Shown piece by piece: positions 18,907 to 28,646 of a stretch of DNA of 61,290 nt. The position numbers and the translations under genes are program-made. This stretch comes from an uncultured Bdellovibrionales bacterium. Its GTDB lineage: Bacteria > Patescibacteriota > Minisyncoccia > Moranbacterales > UBA1568. The notes below the pieces were generated by a model. It worked only from the letters and a program-made list of their open reading frames with translations, made no database searches and was not told where the DNA came from. Every line of letters starts with the position of its first letter. The first letter of the stretch is position 1. The stretch is taken from NCBI GenBank assembly GCA_964624415.1, contig CAZUWR010000004.1, positions 1 through 61,290 of the forward strand. Direction: 5' to 3'.

Positions 18907-19905
18907 TTAGGCTATCAATTGAGCCATCTCAATCAAACGATTCGAATAACCCCATTCGTTATCATACCATGCGATCACCTTGACCATGTTGCCGCCAACA
19001 ACCTTAGTAAGAGAGATATCCGCAATGCTCGAATACGGGTTACCGATAAAATCAGAGGATACCAGCGGTTCATCGGTCACGGTAAAGACACCTTGATATC
19101 GAGACTCTTTCGAGGCCTTAACCAAAACATCATTCACCTCTTCAACAGTGACATCGCGTTTAAGGAGAAAAGTAAAATCCGTCAATGATACCACAATCGT
19201 CGGCACACGAACCGCCAATCCATCGAATAATCCGACAAGTTCAGGAATCACCTCGGTAACCGCGATAGCTGCACCCGTTGTCGTCGGGACGATATTGCCG
19301 GCAGCGGCACGAGCCCGACGCAGATCCTTATGCGGCCCATCCTGGAGGTTCTGGTCCGCGGTATAGGAATGAATAGTAGTCATCATCGCTTTCTCGATAC
19401 CGAATGCCTCTTGGATAATCTTGGCAACAGGAGCGATACAGTTGGTGGTGCAAGACGCATTGGAGAGAATTGTCGTGTCACTAGCATACTTATCATCATT
19501 GACACCCAAAAGAAACGTGGGTACATCGCCGCCTTCTTTAGCTGGAGCCGACAAAATCACCTTTTTAGCACCGGCTTCGATATGAGATCGCATAGCATCG
19601 CCGTTCACGAATCGTCCCGTGCATTCAAGTACGACATCCACACTGAGCGTGCCCCAGGGCAGTTTCTTTGGATCCGGCTCCGCATACACCGGAATGGTCC
19701 TGCCATCGATAATCAAATTATTCCCTTCCACCTCAACGATCTGATGATACCGTCCGTACGCGGTATCATAGCGCAATAGATGTGCCAAAGTCTTGGCATC
19801 CGTCAGGTCATTGATAGCGACTACTTCGATATCAGCCTTGGTGCAAGCTATTTTAAGCGCTGCCCGACCGATGCGTCCAAATCCATTGATAGCGATTTTT
19901 TTCAT
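18907..19905 (-). CDS. gap: glyceraldehyde-3-phosphate dehydrogenase
   Basis: MKKIAINGFGRIGR, SNASCTTNCIAP (catalytic Cys), WYDNEWGYS. 332 aa. Confidence 0.96.
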   Translation of the reverse strand: MKKIAINGFGRIGRAALKIACTKADIEVVAINDLTDAKTLAHLLRYDTAYGRYHQIVEVEGNNLIIDGRTIPVYAEPDPKKLPWGTLSVDVVLECTGRFVNGDAMRSHIEAGAKKVILSAPAKEGGDVPTFLLGVNDDKYASDTTILSNASCTTNCIAPVAKIIQEAFGIEKAMMTTIHSYTADQNLQDGPHKDLRRARAAAGNIVPTTTGAAIAVTEVIPELVGLFDGLAVRVPTIVVSLTDFTFLLKRDVTVEEVNDVLVKASKESRYQGVFTVTDEPLVSSDFIGNPYSSIADISLTKVVGGNMVKVIAWYDNEWGYSNRLIEMAQLIA

Positions 19906-19973
19906 AATTATGTGTATTTTGATATTTTATTGAAAAATCGTACGTGTTTTGAGTGAAATATCCCCTAAAATAC

Positions 19974-20831
19974 CTAGGCTTTTCCAGCACTTCCGAAGGA
20001 TTTCATTTTTTCTTTAACAGTCTCCTTGGTAGCATCCTTGGCGGCACCAAGAAGTTTACGAAGGTCTGTTTCATCGCTATTTTCAAGCGACTGCCTCAAC
20101 TGACCGATAAACGACAATCGTATACTCGTATCAACATTAAAACAACTCACGCCACGCTTGATCACCTCACTGACCCGGTCACTTTCCCAATCCGAGGCGC
20201 CATGCATCACAAGCGGAATGGATACCGACTGCGCGATCGATACCAATCGATCATAATCGGGCGTCGGACGCTCTCGGAAAAAACCATGGGCATTGCCAAT
20301 CGCGACCGCTAGCACATCGATACCGGTTTGCTCCACAAAGTCTTTCGCTTGTAGCGGATCGGTCATATATTCATCCCAATTGATTTCCTGCATTGAAAGC
20401 TCTCCTAAATACGGGACATTGCCGAGCTCCGCCTGAACACTTACCCCCTGCGCATGACAAAAATCAACCACTTTCTTCGTGATGGCGAGGTTGTCCGCGT
20501 AAGCATGGCGCGATCCATCATACATCACGGACTTGAAACCGATTTCAGTCACACGTTGCACTATTTCAAAACTCTTACCATGATCCAAATGGATACCGAC
20601 GGGAATATCGGACATATAGCAATCAGCAACGGTCCGCACTAGATTATACATGGCGCGACCACCGGCATAGTCAAGCGTTTTCTCGGTCATCTGAACCACG
20701 ACAGGGCTTTTCATCTCCAAGGCCGCCTCCAAAATGCCTCGCGTTGTCTCAAGATTGACCGTATTGAAAGCCCCTACCGCATATCCTCCCGCTCTTGCTT
20801 TCACCAACATTTCTTTAACATCGACGATCAT
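19974..20831 (-). CDS. fba: class II fructose-bisphosphate aldolase
   Basis: LVKARAGGYAVGAFNTVNLETTRGILEAALEMKSPVVVQ, HLDHG, MYDGS, HGASD. 285 aa. Confidence 0.9.
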   Translation of the reverse strand: MIVDVKEMLVKARAGGYAVGAFNTVNLETTRGILEAALEMKSPVVVQMTEKTLDYAGGRAMYNLVRTVADCYMSDIPVGIHLDHGKSFEIVQRVTEIGFKSVMYDGSRHAYADNLAITKKVVDFCHAQGVSVQAELGNVPYLGELSMQEINWDEYMTDPLQAKDFVEQTGIDVLAVAIGNAHGFFRERPTPDYDRLVSIAQSVSIPLVMHGASDWESDRVSEVIKRGVSCFNVDTSIRLSFIGQLRQSLENSDETDLRKLLGAAKDATKETVKEKMKSFGSAGKA

Positions 20832-20837
20832 ACGCTT

Positions 20838-21605
20838 TTATTTAAACAGTTTATCAAAAATTTTCATCAATTCGACAGGGTTGAGACTTTCGCGCCCTAC
20901 CAAGACACCGTCCATATCCGCCTCAATACATACCGCATCCATCAACGAATCTTTAACCGAGCCCCCGTACAAGATAGGTACTTTGTGTCCAAATGCTTCG
21001 CCATACTTCTGCAAAAGCATTCTGCGAATCATAATGCGCACCTGCATGATATCTGCTGTCGATGGCACCGCATCAGTACCAATAGCCCACCTTGGTTCAT
21101 AGGCAATAATAATGCTGTCGAGCTGATCCTCTGAGACAATACTCATCGCTGAAGCGATCTGCTCCGCAATAACAACTCCCGTTTCTTCATTCTCCCGCTC
21201 CTCTTTGGTTTCACCGACGCAGATGAGAGCTGTCATATAATTACCCAGAACCGTTCCAATTTTTTTCGATATCTGTTCGTTGGTTTCACCGAAATATAAA
21301 CGCCTTTCGCTATGACCACAAAGAACGGTTTCTACTCCGGACTGCCTGAGCGTAAGCGCCGATACTTCTCCGGTAAACGAACCTCGCGTTTCCCAAAAAA
21401 CATTCTGACTCCCTAAAAATACACCCTGAGGGAGGCTTTTTGAAAATCGCTCCACAAAAAACATCGGCGGACATACGACCAGACGCACTGATTCACTCTG
21501 ATATTCCGATTTCCAAGACTTCTGCAAAACACTGAGGTATTCATCGCATTCTTTCGCGGTAACAAGATTCATCTTCAAATTCGCAATCACGTATTTCATA
21601 CTCAA
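20838..21605 (-). CDS. tpiA: triosephosphate isomerase
   Basis: VIANLKMN, VLCGHSERR, CVGE, IAYEPRWAIGT, YGGSV. 255 aa. Confidence 0.93.
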   Translation of the reverse strand: MSMKYVIANLKMNLVTAKECDEYLSVLQKSWKSEYQSESVRLVVCPPMFFVERFSKSLPQGVFLGSQNVFWETRGSFTGEVSALTLRQSGVETVLCGHSERRLYFGETNEQISKKIGTVLGNYMTALICVGETKEERENEETGVVIAEQIASAMSIVSEDQLDSIIIAYEPRWAIGTDAVPSTADIMQVRIMIRRMLLQKYGEAFGHKVPILYGGSVKDSLMDAVCIEADMDGVLVGRESLNPVELMKIFDKLFK

Positions 21606-21619
21606 TGCATTTCAATCAT

Positions 21620-22657
21620 TTATTTTTCCTCCAGTTGTTCCCTTAAAAACGCAGCCGCCACTTCCGGCTGGATAGTGGAGATTTCAACTCCCGTAGAAAG
21701 CTCGAATCCGGCCCAGACGGCGGTATGGGGCAATATCTCGATATGCCAGTGATATGCATGATAGTCTTTGCCGTCGCACGGAGAGGTATGGAGATAGAAA
21801 TTGTACGGCGGATCACCCAGACCCTTATAGAGGGCTATCATTGCCTTCTGAAATACTTCCGCCAAGGCGAATTTTCCTTCATCGGTGATGCGCTCGAAAT
21901 AAGGACTGTGCTTCTTGGGCATCACCCACACCTCGAAAGCAGCCCGAGAAGCGAAGGGACAAAAAGCGATGAAGTGCTCGTTCTCATAGATGACACGCTT
22001 ACCGGTTTCGCTTTCATACTCCACCATCACCGAATACACCTTGTGTTTATGACTGCGCCAGTAATTCTCAGCACCCTTCAACTCCAACTGTACATACGGC
22101 GAAATGATAGGCACAGCCATCAACTGCGAATGCGGATGAGCGATGGATGCGCCCACTTCCGTGCCATGATTATGAAAAATTTGGATATACTTAACGTTTT
22201 TCTTCTTCATCAAGGATAGGTATCGATCCTGATAGGCATCGAAAATTTCCGCGATTTGCCACGTCTCCAACAAAGCTATGTGCTTATGGTGATCACGTGT
22301 GACGATAAGTTCATGATAACCTGTTCCCGTCATCGCGAAATAAGGCCCTTCCTCAAGAGAACTCGGTACTTTTCCGCGCGACACGGCCGGATACTTATTG
22401 GGAAATACGCGCAAACTCCAATCATGCTCGCCGGAATTGTAAATGAGAACATCCTTTTCCTGTCCGGTCTCTTCCGGATGCTCAAACAAGCACTCGTGTT
22501 CGGAAGCCCTTTCATGAGAACGCTTAAACGAAGCGAATTCGTCCGGGCGTTTCGCTCGAGCAGTCGCGATGATCACCCAATCCCCCGTCACGATATCTTG
22601 CCTCAATTCGGATTCGGTCGCAGTTGATTTGTGTATTTTTTTACCTGTGCGATTCAT
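21620..22657 (-). CDS. galT: galactose-1-phosphate uridylyltransferase (HIT superfamily)
   Basis: RVFPNKYPA, IQIFHNHGTEVGASIAHPHSQLMA (His-x-His-x-Gln active site), and a duplicated HIT-like half. 345 aa. Confidence 0.8.
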   Translation of the reverse strand: MNRTGKKIHKSTATESELRQDIVTGDWVIIATARAKRPDEFASFKRSHERASEHECLFEHPEETGQEKDVLIYNSGEHDWSLRVFPNKYPAVSRGKVPSSLEEGPYFAMTGTGYHELIVTRDHHKHIALLETWQIAEIFDAYQDRYLSLMKKKNVKYIQIFHNHGTEVGASIAHPHSQLMAVPIISPYVQLELKGAENYWRSHKHKVYSVMVEYESETGKRVIYENEHFIAFCPFASRAAFEVWVMPKKHSPYFERITDEGKFALAEVFQKAMIALYKGLGDPPYNFYLHTSPCDGKDYHAYHWHIEILPHTAVWAGFELSTGVEISTIQPEVAAAFLREQLEEK

Positions 22658-22748
22658 ACGCGTGATTATGTGTTTTGGTCACCCCTTTACCGAAACCATA
22701 GTTATTTATGAAAAGATGCCCTGACCACATCGGCAGAGCGCTTCATTT

Positions 22749-23516
22749 TTAAGCGCTATCTTGTTTTTTGATTTTATAACGACCCATCATAAGGCGAAAC
22801 CTCGTTGCGAATAAATCCTTCAAAACTTGTAAGTATCCGTTCGGACCAAAAAGCTTCACGGTCGATCCTTGTGCCTCATCAAGCCAACGGACTGGAAGCT
22901 GTTTTACCCGAAATCCCAAGGCGTGAGCCAAGGCCAAAAGCTCGAAATCAAAACCGAAGCGATCGACGACCATCCGTGAAGCAATCGCATCCGAAGCCTT
23001 TGCCGAAAGCATTTTAAAACCGCACTGCGTATCAGGATATTCCCATAGTCCGAGTATGGATTTGATAGCGACATTTCCCATATTCCCCAACCATTCACGG
23101 TATTTTGCCTGGTGCTTTTCGATATTGGCACCTTCGATATCGCGAGACCCGATCACCACATCAAAACCCTCTGTTTCGAATTCGGGTAAAAAAGTGTCAA
23201 CATGATCGATAGACGTCGAACCATCAGCATCCATAAATACTCGGTATTTACCCTTCGCTTCAAGTAAGCCTTGTCTTACCACATACCCCTTGCCATGATT
23301 TTCTTTGTTTTCAATGACGCGAAGATTGGTTATTTGATCAGCAAAACCTCTGGCCACATCGCCCGTCGCATCCGATATGCCGTCGATAACCACCAGCACT
23401 TCAAAGGAAAATCCTTTCGTTTGAAGAAACTTTTCAATATCAAGCAGTGTCGATCCGATGCGATCCTGCTCTTTATAGGCGGGTATAATAACCGAAAGAT
23501 AGATATCTTGTTCCAT
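22749..23516 (-). CDS. family 2 glycosyltransferase (polyprenyl/dolichyl-phosphate glycosyltransferase-like)
   Basis: LSVIIPAYKEQDRIGSTL, VVIDGISDAT, RVFMDADGST (DxD region). 255 aa. Confidence 0.8.
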   Translation of the reverse strand: MEQDIYLSVIIPAYKEQDRIGSTLLDIEKFLQTKGFSFEVLVVIDGISDATGDVARGFADQITNLRVIENKENHGKGYVVRQGLLEAKGKYRVFMDADGSTSIDHVDTFLPEFETEGFDVVIGSRDIEGANIEKHQAKYREWLGNMGNVAIKSILGLWEYPDTQCGFKMLSAKASDAIASRMVVDRFGFDFELLALAHALGFRVKQLPVRWLDEAQGSTVKLFGPNGYLQVLKDLFATRFRLMMGRYKIKKQDSA

Positions 23517-23636
23517 ACACGTTCTTTACGAGAGAAATCCGAGCGATGAGACACCGATAAAGATTCACTCAATACTTATGTTCCCATTGTACCACACGCA
23601 TCAAAAAAGAAACATATTTTCAGCATAATCCTCACA

Positions 23637-23665
23637 TTGCGAAAGATTCTCAAAAAAGATACAAT
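23637..23665 (+). promoter_or_regulatory. sigma70-like promoter for dprA-topA
   Basis: TTGCGA (23637-23642)-17 nt-TACAAT (23660-23665), 34 nt upstream of the dprA TTG start. Confidence 0.45.
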
Positions 23666-23698
23666 ACAGATATTTCCATTTTCGTAAAAAATACATCT

Positions 23699-24787
23699 TT
23701 GACCCCTCACCATTATCTTCATGCGCTTCATACGATTCCTCAGGTGAATTCGCAAACTATGCGAAAACTTTTGGAGTATTTCGATACGCCAGAGGCTATA
23801 TGGGAAGCATCTCCAGCAGCTCTCAAAGCATCCGGCATCGGCGAAAAGACACTTCTCGCCATACTTCATCATCGACCGAATATACTGATAGATACAGCAT
23901 GGGAGTCACTACGGATATCTGAAATCACGCCTCTGCTTGAAAATGATCCGGGCTATCCGAAACTCCTCAAAGAAATACCCGCCCCGCCACCTCTTATCTA
24001 TAAACGGGGTGTGTATGATTGGAATAGTGCTCCTATTATAACGATAGTCGGATCGCGACACCCCACAGCATATGGCATACGCGTCGCTGAAACCTTCGCT
24101 CAAGAATTGGCCTCGATCGGTATCTGCGTCGCATCCGGATTAGCCTTCGGTATCGATAGTGCGGCGCACAAAAGCGCAATCGAAGCGAAAGGAAATACCA
24201 TAGCTGTGCTAGGCAATAGTCTCGACGATGCGTCCATCTCGCCTCGATCTCATCTCCCTCTTACTCACACCATTCTTCGTCAAAATGGCGCTCTTCTGAG
24301 TGAGTACCCGCCCGTTACAGCGGCCACACCCTATACCTTTCCTGCTCGCAACCGTATCCTAGCGGGTATCAGCCAAGGAACCATCGTCATTGAAGCCGCC
24401 ACTCGAAGCGGAAGCCTTATCACTGCCCGCTATGCTCTCGAATTCAACCGCGAAGTCTTCGCCGTACCAGGATCTATCTTTTCCGATGCCTCTGCCGGGC
24501 CTCATGAGCTCATCCGATCAGGGGCCAAAATCGCCACATCTATCCGAGATATTCTCGAAGAAATCAAGCTTCAGATCGCTCCAAAACAAACTTCTTCAGC
24601 CACATCGCTCTTACTTTCTCCGCATGAGGAGACAATCCTTTCGATACTCTCTTCCGAACCCTTCCATATTGACAAGATTCTCAAAACCACTACACTGGAA
24701 ACGTCTCAAGTCCAATCTACTCTAGTATTCCTTGAGGTCAAAGGGCTCATCAAAAACATCGGTGGTATGTGCTATATACGGCTCTAA
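23699..24787 (+). CDS. dprA: DNA-processing protein DprA (Smf)
   Basis: ITIVGSRHPTAYGIRVAETFAQELASIGICVASGLAFGIDSAAHKSAIEAKGNTIAVLG...FPARNRILAG, plus a C-terminal winged-helix-like tail. TTG start per the ORF track. Confidence 0.9.
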   Translation: MTPHHYLHALHTIPQVNSQTMRKLLEYFDTPEAIWEASPAALKASGIGEKTLLAILHHRPNILIDTAWESLRISEITPLLENDPGYPKLLKEIPAPPPLIYKRGVYDWNSAPIITIVGSRHPTAYGIRVAETFAQELASIGICVASGLAFGIDSAAHKSAIEAKGNTIAVLGNSLDDASISPRSHLPLTHTILRQNGALLSEYPPVTAATPYTFPARNRILAGISQGTIVIEAATRSGSLITARYALEFNREVFAVPGSIFSDASAGPHELIRSGAKIATSIRDILEEIKLQIAPKQTSSATSLLLSPHEETILSILSSEPFHIDKILKTTTLETSQVQSTLVFLEVKGLIKNIGGMCYIRL

Positions 24788-24822
24788 TAAAACACAAATA
24801 AGTCATCAATACCTACATTTTT

Positions 24823-27012
24823 ATGAAACTTCTCATTGTCGAATCCCCTGCTAAAGCGAAGACCATTTCCAAATATCTCGACAATAAATACAAGGTCGTA
24901 GCCTCTATCGGGCATATCCGCGACCTTCCGAAAAGCAATAAGTCCGCCATCGACATCGAGGCGGGATTTGTGCCGCGCTACGAAATTTCAGTAGGCAAGG
25001 AAAAAGTGGTCTCCGAAATCAAAAGATTAGCTAAAGGATCCGACGAGATTCTCCTCGCAACCGACCCCGACCGCGAAGGAGAGGCTATCGCCTGGCATGT
25101 CGCGGAGGCTTGCGGTATCAAGAATCCGAAACGCGTCGTTTTTTATGAAATCACCAAAAGCGCCGTCCAAAAAGCAGTTACGCAGCCGCGTCTTATTGAT
25201 CAGGATCTGCGTAAAGCGCAGGAGGCTCGCCGTGTCCTGGATCGGCTCGTCGGTTATGATCTGAGCGGACTTATTTGGAAAAAACTGCGCTACGGACTCT
25301 CTGCTGGAAGAGTGCAATCTCCGGCACTTCGGATCCTCGCCGAGCGAGAACGCGCTATTCATGCATTTATTCCCGAAGATTTCTGGGTACTGACCGCCCG
25401 AGTGCAAACCGGCAAGCATATTTCATTCAACCTTGTATGTTCCGAAGAACCCAAAACAAAAGAACGCTCAGATGCCATCATTGCGCTCGCCAAAAAAGAA
25501 TCCTGGCATGTGGTCGATATCAAAGAAAGCGAAATCAAGCGCACTCCAAAACCACCCTTCACTACCTCTACCCTGCAACAGACAGCTAGCTCACGACTGG
25601 GATTTTCACCGAGCAATACGATGCGCATCGCTCAAAAGCTCTATGAATCCGGTTTGATCACCTACATGCGTACCGATAGCACGACTATCAGCACGGAAGC
25701 GCAGGCTGCAGCACTTGCGAAAATCGAAAAAAATTATGGCAAGGATTATGCTACGCTGCGCACCTTCCAGACCAAGAGTAAAAATGCTCAGGAAGCGCAT
25801 GAGGCTATCCGCCCAACCGATATGTCTGTCGAACAAGGAGGGCTTACCGATGAACAAAAAAGATTGTATCGCCTCATTTGGCAACGTACTATCTGTTCTC
25901 AGATGAGCGATGCGAAGCTTTTGCGTACTAAAATCACTGCCAACACCCAAAGCGATTCACTCCCGAATTTTTTCATCAACGGTTCCCGTCTTCTTTTTGC
26001 CGGTTGGCTCACAGTCGATACGGATGCTCGTTCCGAAGACATCGAATTACCGAAAGTCACCATCGGTGAAATGCTTTCACTTATCGATATCGCATCCGAA
26101 GGAAAACAAACCGAACCGCCGCATCGCTACTCGGAAGCCGGCCTTATCAAGGAGCTGGAAAAACGCGGTATCGGTCGACCAAGTACCTATGCCAGTATCA
26201 TCAAAACGCTTGCGGATCGTGAGTACACTATCAAGGAAGGTAAGGCCCTGCGCGTTACCGATACGGGCGAAATCGTCAGTGAATTTCTTGAAAAACACTT
26301 TGCCGAAATCGTCAGCGATTCATTTACCGCCGAAATGGAACAAGAGCTCGACGATATATCCAATGGCAAAAGGGATTACACTGAAACACTCCGCAATTTC
26401 TATACACCCTTTACTAAACAAGTGAAATCAAAAGAAAAAATGGAAAAAATAAATACACTCGAAGACGCTCCATCAGACATCCTCTGCCCTAAGTGTGATG
26501 GTCCTATGGTGGTCAAGCTTGGCCGTACCGGTAAATTTTACAGCTGTATGAAATTCCCGGAATGTGTCGGTGCTCGCACTATGGAAGGTAATGAATTGCA
26601 AGGACCGAAAGAAACCGGGGAGAATTGCCCGAAATGCGAAAGTAAACTCGTGGAGCGAGAAGGAAAATTCGGAAAATTTATTTCCTGCTCCAATTATCCG
26701 AAATGCAAGTATATCAAAAAGGAAGAAGGTCAATCCATCCCTACCACCGGCATCAAGTGTCCGCTCTGCAAAGATGGTGAAATGGCTGAAAGACGAGGCC
26801 GCTTCGGTATTTTCTACAGCTGCTCCAATTATCCGAAATGCAAGCACGCCATCAAAACCAAACCGACCGGTAACATCTGTCATTTCATCCGTCCGGACAA
26901 GGGTGATCAAGAATGCGGCGCACTGATGATGGAGGGCACCAAAACCATCCCCGAGCGCTGCTCCGATAAGACCTGTCCCAACCACAATCCGCACAAGCTA
27001 CTCAAAAAGTAA
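24823..27012 (+). CDS. topA: DNA topoisomerase I
   Basis: TOPRIM MKLLIVESPAKAKTISKYL, active-site Tyr region GLITYMRTDST, and four C-terminal Cys4 zinc ribbons (CPKCDG..C..C repeated). 729 aa. Confidence 0.97.
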   Translation: MKLLIVESPAKAKTISKYLDNKYKVVASIGHIRDLPKSNKSAIDIEAGFVPRYEISVGKEKVVSEIKRLAKGSDEILLATDPDREGEAIAWHVAEACGIKNPKRVVFYEITKSAVQKAVTQPRLIDQDLRKAQEARRVLDRLVGYDLSGLIWKKLRYGLSAGRVQSPALRILAERERAIHAFIPEDFWVLTARVQTGKHISFNLVCSEEPKTKERSDAIIALAKKESWHVVDIKESEIKRTPKPPFTTSTLQQTASSRLGFSPSNTMRIAQKLYESGLITYMRTDSTTISTEAQAAALAKIEKNYGKDYATLRTFQTKSKNAQEAHEAIRPTDMSVEQGGLTDEQKRLYRLIWQRTICSQMSDAKLLRTKITANTQSDSLPNFFINGSRLLFAGWLTVDTDARSEDIELPKVTIGEMLSLIDIASEGKQTEPPHRYSEAGLIKELEKRGIGRPSTYASIIKTLADREYTIKEGKALRVTDTGEIVSEFLEKHFAEIVSDSFTAEMEQELDDISNGKRDYTETLRNFYTPFTKQVKSKEKMEKINTLEDAPSDILCPKCDGPMVVKLGRTGKFYSCMKFPECVGARTMEGNELQGPKETGENCPKCESKLVEREGKFGKFISCSNYPKCKYIKKEEGQSIPTTGIKCPLCKDGEMAERRGRFGIFYSCSNYPKCKHAIKTKPTGNICHFIRPDKGDQECGALMMEGTKTIPERCSDKTCPNHNPHKLLKK

Positions 27013-27017
27013 TCATC

Positions 27018-27047
27018 AAAAAACTCATCCAGAGGATGAGTTTTTTT
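27018..27047. terminator. bidirectional rho-independent terminator shared by topA (+) and pyk (-)
   Basis: AAAAAACTCATCC-AGA-GGATGAGTTTTTTT between the convergent stops at 27012 and 27081. Confidence 0.85.
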
Positions 27048-27080
27048 GTATCTATAAGGAGATTAAATATCCTTATGCGA

Positions 27081-28502
27081 TTATACCGTCTCCACCATCA
27101 TAAGATTGGTGCTGCCCGACTGCCCGAACGGCATACCGGCAACGATAACGAAATGCTCACCTTTCTCAGCGAAGTCCTTTTCGACAAGCGCCTTGCGGGC
27201 TTCGGTGATAACCTGATCCAATTGCTGGAACGGGTCGGTCACATACGCGTAGCATCCGAATGAAAGCGCCATCTTGCGAGCCACACGTTCATTGGGAGTA
27301 AAGACAACGATATGCTGTGCCGGTCGATGACGAGCTACCATACGAGGGGTGAAGCTTGATTCGGTCAAAGCAACGATCACCTTAGCATCGATATCATGCG
27401 CGGTGTTGGTAACAGCGCTGGTCACTGAATCCACAACCTCACTCGATCCATCTGTTCCATCCTGGATGATATGCTTGTGAGGATAGTGTTTTTCCGTAAA
27501 AAGAGCGATACGGGTCATAGTCGTCACGGCTTCAACCGGAAACTTTCCCAAGGTGCTTTCTTCGGAAAGCATCACTGCGTCTGCACCATCCAAAATAGCA
27601 TTTGCGATATCATTCACCTCTGCGCGAGTCGCTACAGGGGAATTAATCATAGATTCAAGCATCTGTGTGGCCACGATAACCGGCTTGCCCACCTGACGGG
27701 TCTTTGAAACAATCATTTTCTGCAAAACCGGCACCTGCTCCATCGGCACTTCCACAGCCAAGTCTCCTCGGGCCACCATAATACCGTCGGTCGCGGCCAA
27801 GATGGCATCGAAATCTGCGATAGCCTGGGGTGTCTCGATTTTCGCGATAATCTGAGCCTTCGATCCGCGCTCTTTTAAAATGGCTCGCAATTCCTCGATA
27901 TCGCTCGCCTTACGAACGAATGACAATGCCATAAATTCCACATCGTTAGCGATACCGAATTCCAAATCCTTGCGGTCCTTTTCGGTCAAACAACTCATTT
28001 TGATATCCGTACCCGGAAGATTGACACCGCGGCGACCTTTGGTATCACCACCTACGATAATCTTACAAATAATTTCCTGTCCTTCGACACGAACAACTTC
28101 CAGTCGCTTCTTACCATCATCGAGCAACACCGGCTCGCCAGGCTTGATTTCATTGATCAAATTGACATAACTGATAGATGCTTTGTGTTCATCACCTACG
28201 CAAGACTGATCTGTCGTCAGAACGAACTCTTCACCGGATGTCAAAGTCACACGTTCCTGATAGAATTCACCGATGCGAATCTTCGGACCGGAAAGATCCT
28301 GCAACACAGCAACAGCTCGTCCGAGTTTCTTGGAAAACTTGCGTACCATATCGAATGAGCGCTGATGCTCCTCGAAATTTCCATGCGAAAAATTCAAACG
28401 GGCCACATTCAAACCCGCTTCGATCATTTTCGGCAACACATCTTCCTGGGCCGATGCCGGTCCGAGCGTCGCTACGATCTTCGTTTTTTTGACGTGCTTC
28501 AT
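27081..28502 (-). CDS. pyk: pyruvate kinase
   Basis: KKTKIVATLGPAS, NVARLNFSHG, IAKIETPQA, MVARGDLAVE, ATQMLESM. 473 aa. Confidence 0.96.
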   Translation of the reverse strand: MKHVKKTKIVATLGPASAQEDVLPKMIEAGLNVARLNFSHGNFEEHQRSFDMVRKFSKKLGRAVAVLQDLSGPKIRIGEFYQERVTLTSGEEFVLTTDQSCVGDEHKASISYVNLINEIKPGEPVLLDDGKKRLEVVRVEGQEIICKIIVGGDTKGRRGVNLPGTDIKMSCLTEKDRKDLEFGIANDVEFMALSFVRKASDIEELRAILKERGSKAQIIAKIETPQAIADFDAILAATDGIMVARGDLAVEVPMEQVPVLQKMIVSKTRQVGKPVIVATQMLESMINSPVATRAEVNDIANAILDGADAVMLSEESTLGKFPVEAVTTMTRIALFTEKHYPHKHIIQDGTDGSSEVVDSVTSAVTNTAHDIDAKVIVALTESSFTPRMVARHRPAQHIVVFTPNERVARKMALSFGCYAYVTDPFQQLDQVITEARKALVEKDFAEKGEHFVIVAGMPFGQSGSTNLMMVETV

Positions 28503-28504
28503 AA

Positions 28505-28555
28505 CATACTGTCAATCAATAATAAAAAGGGTTCGCACCCTGAAATCCCAGTATG
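28505..28555 (-). other. nested hairpin with terminator-like core immediately upstream of the pyk start codon
   Basis: Outer stem CATACTG (28505-28511) / CAGTATG (28549-28555). Inner stem AGGGT-TCGC-ACCCT (28528-28541) is followed on the minus strand by TTTTTATTATT. The outer stem ends 3 nt from the pyk ATG (28502). Confidence 0.45.
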
Positions 28556-28646
28556 TACCCAAAAACAAAGTTTCCTTTATTTCCTTGTTCCATACCAGGA
28601 ATAACACCTCAAATCCTACTCCTTATCGTAGAAAAAGTCAATTCTG

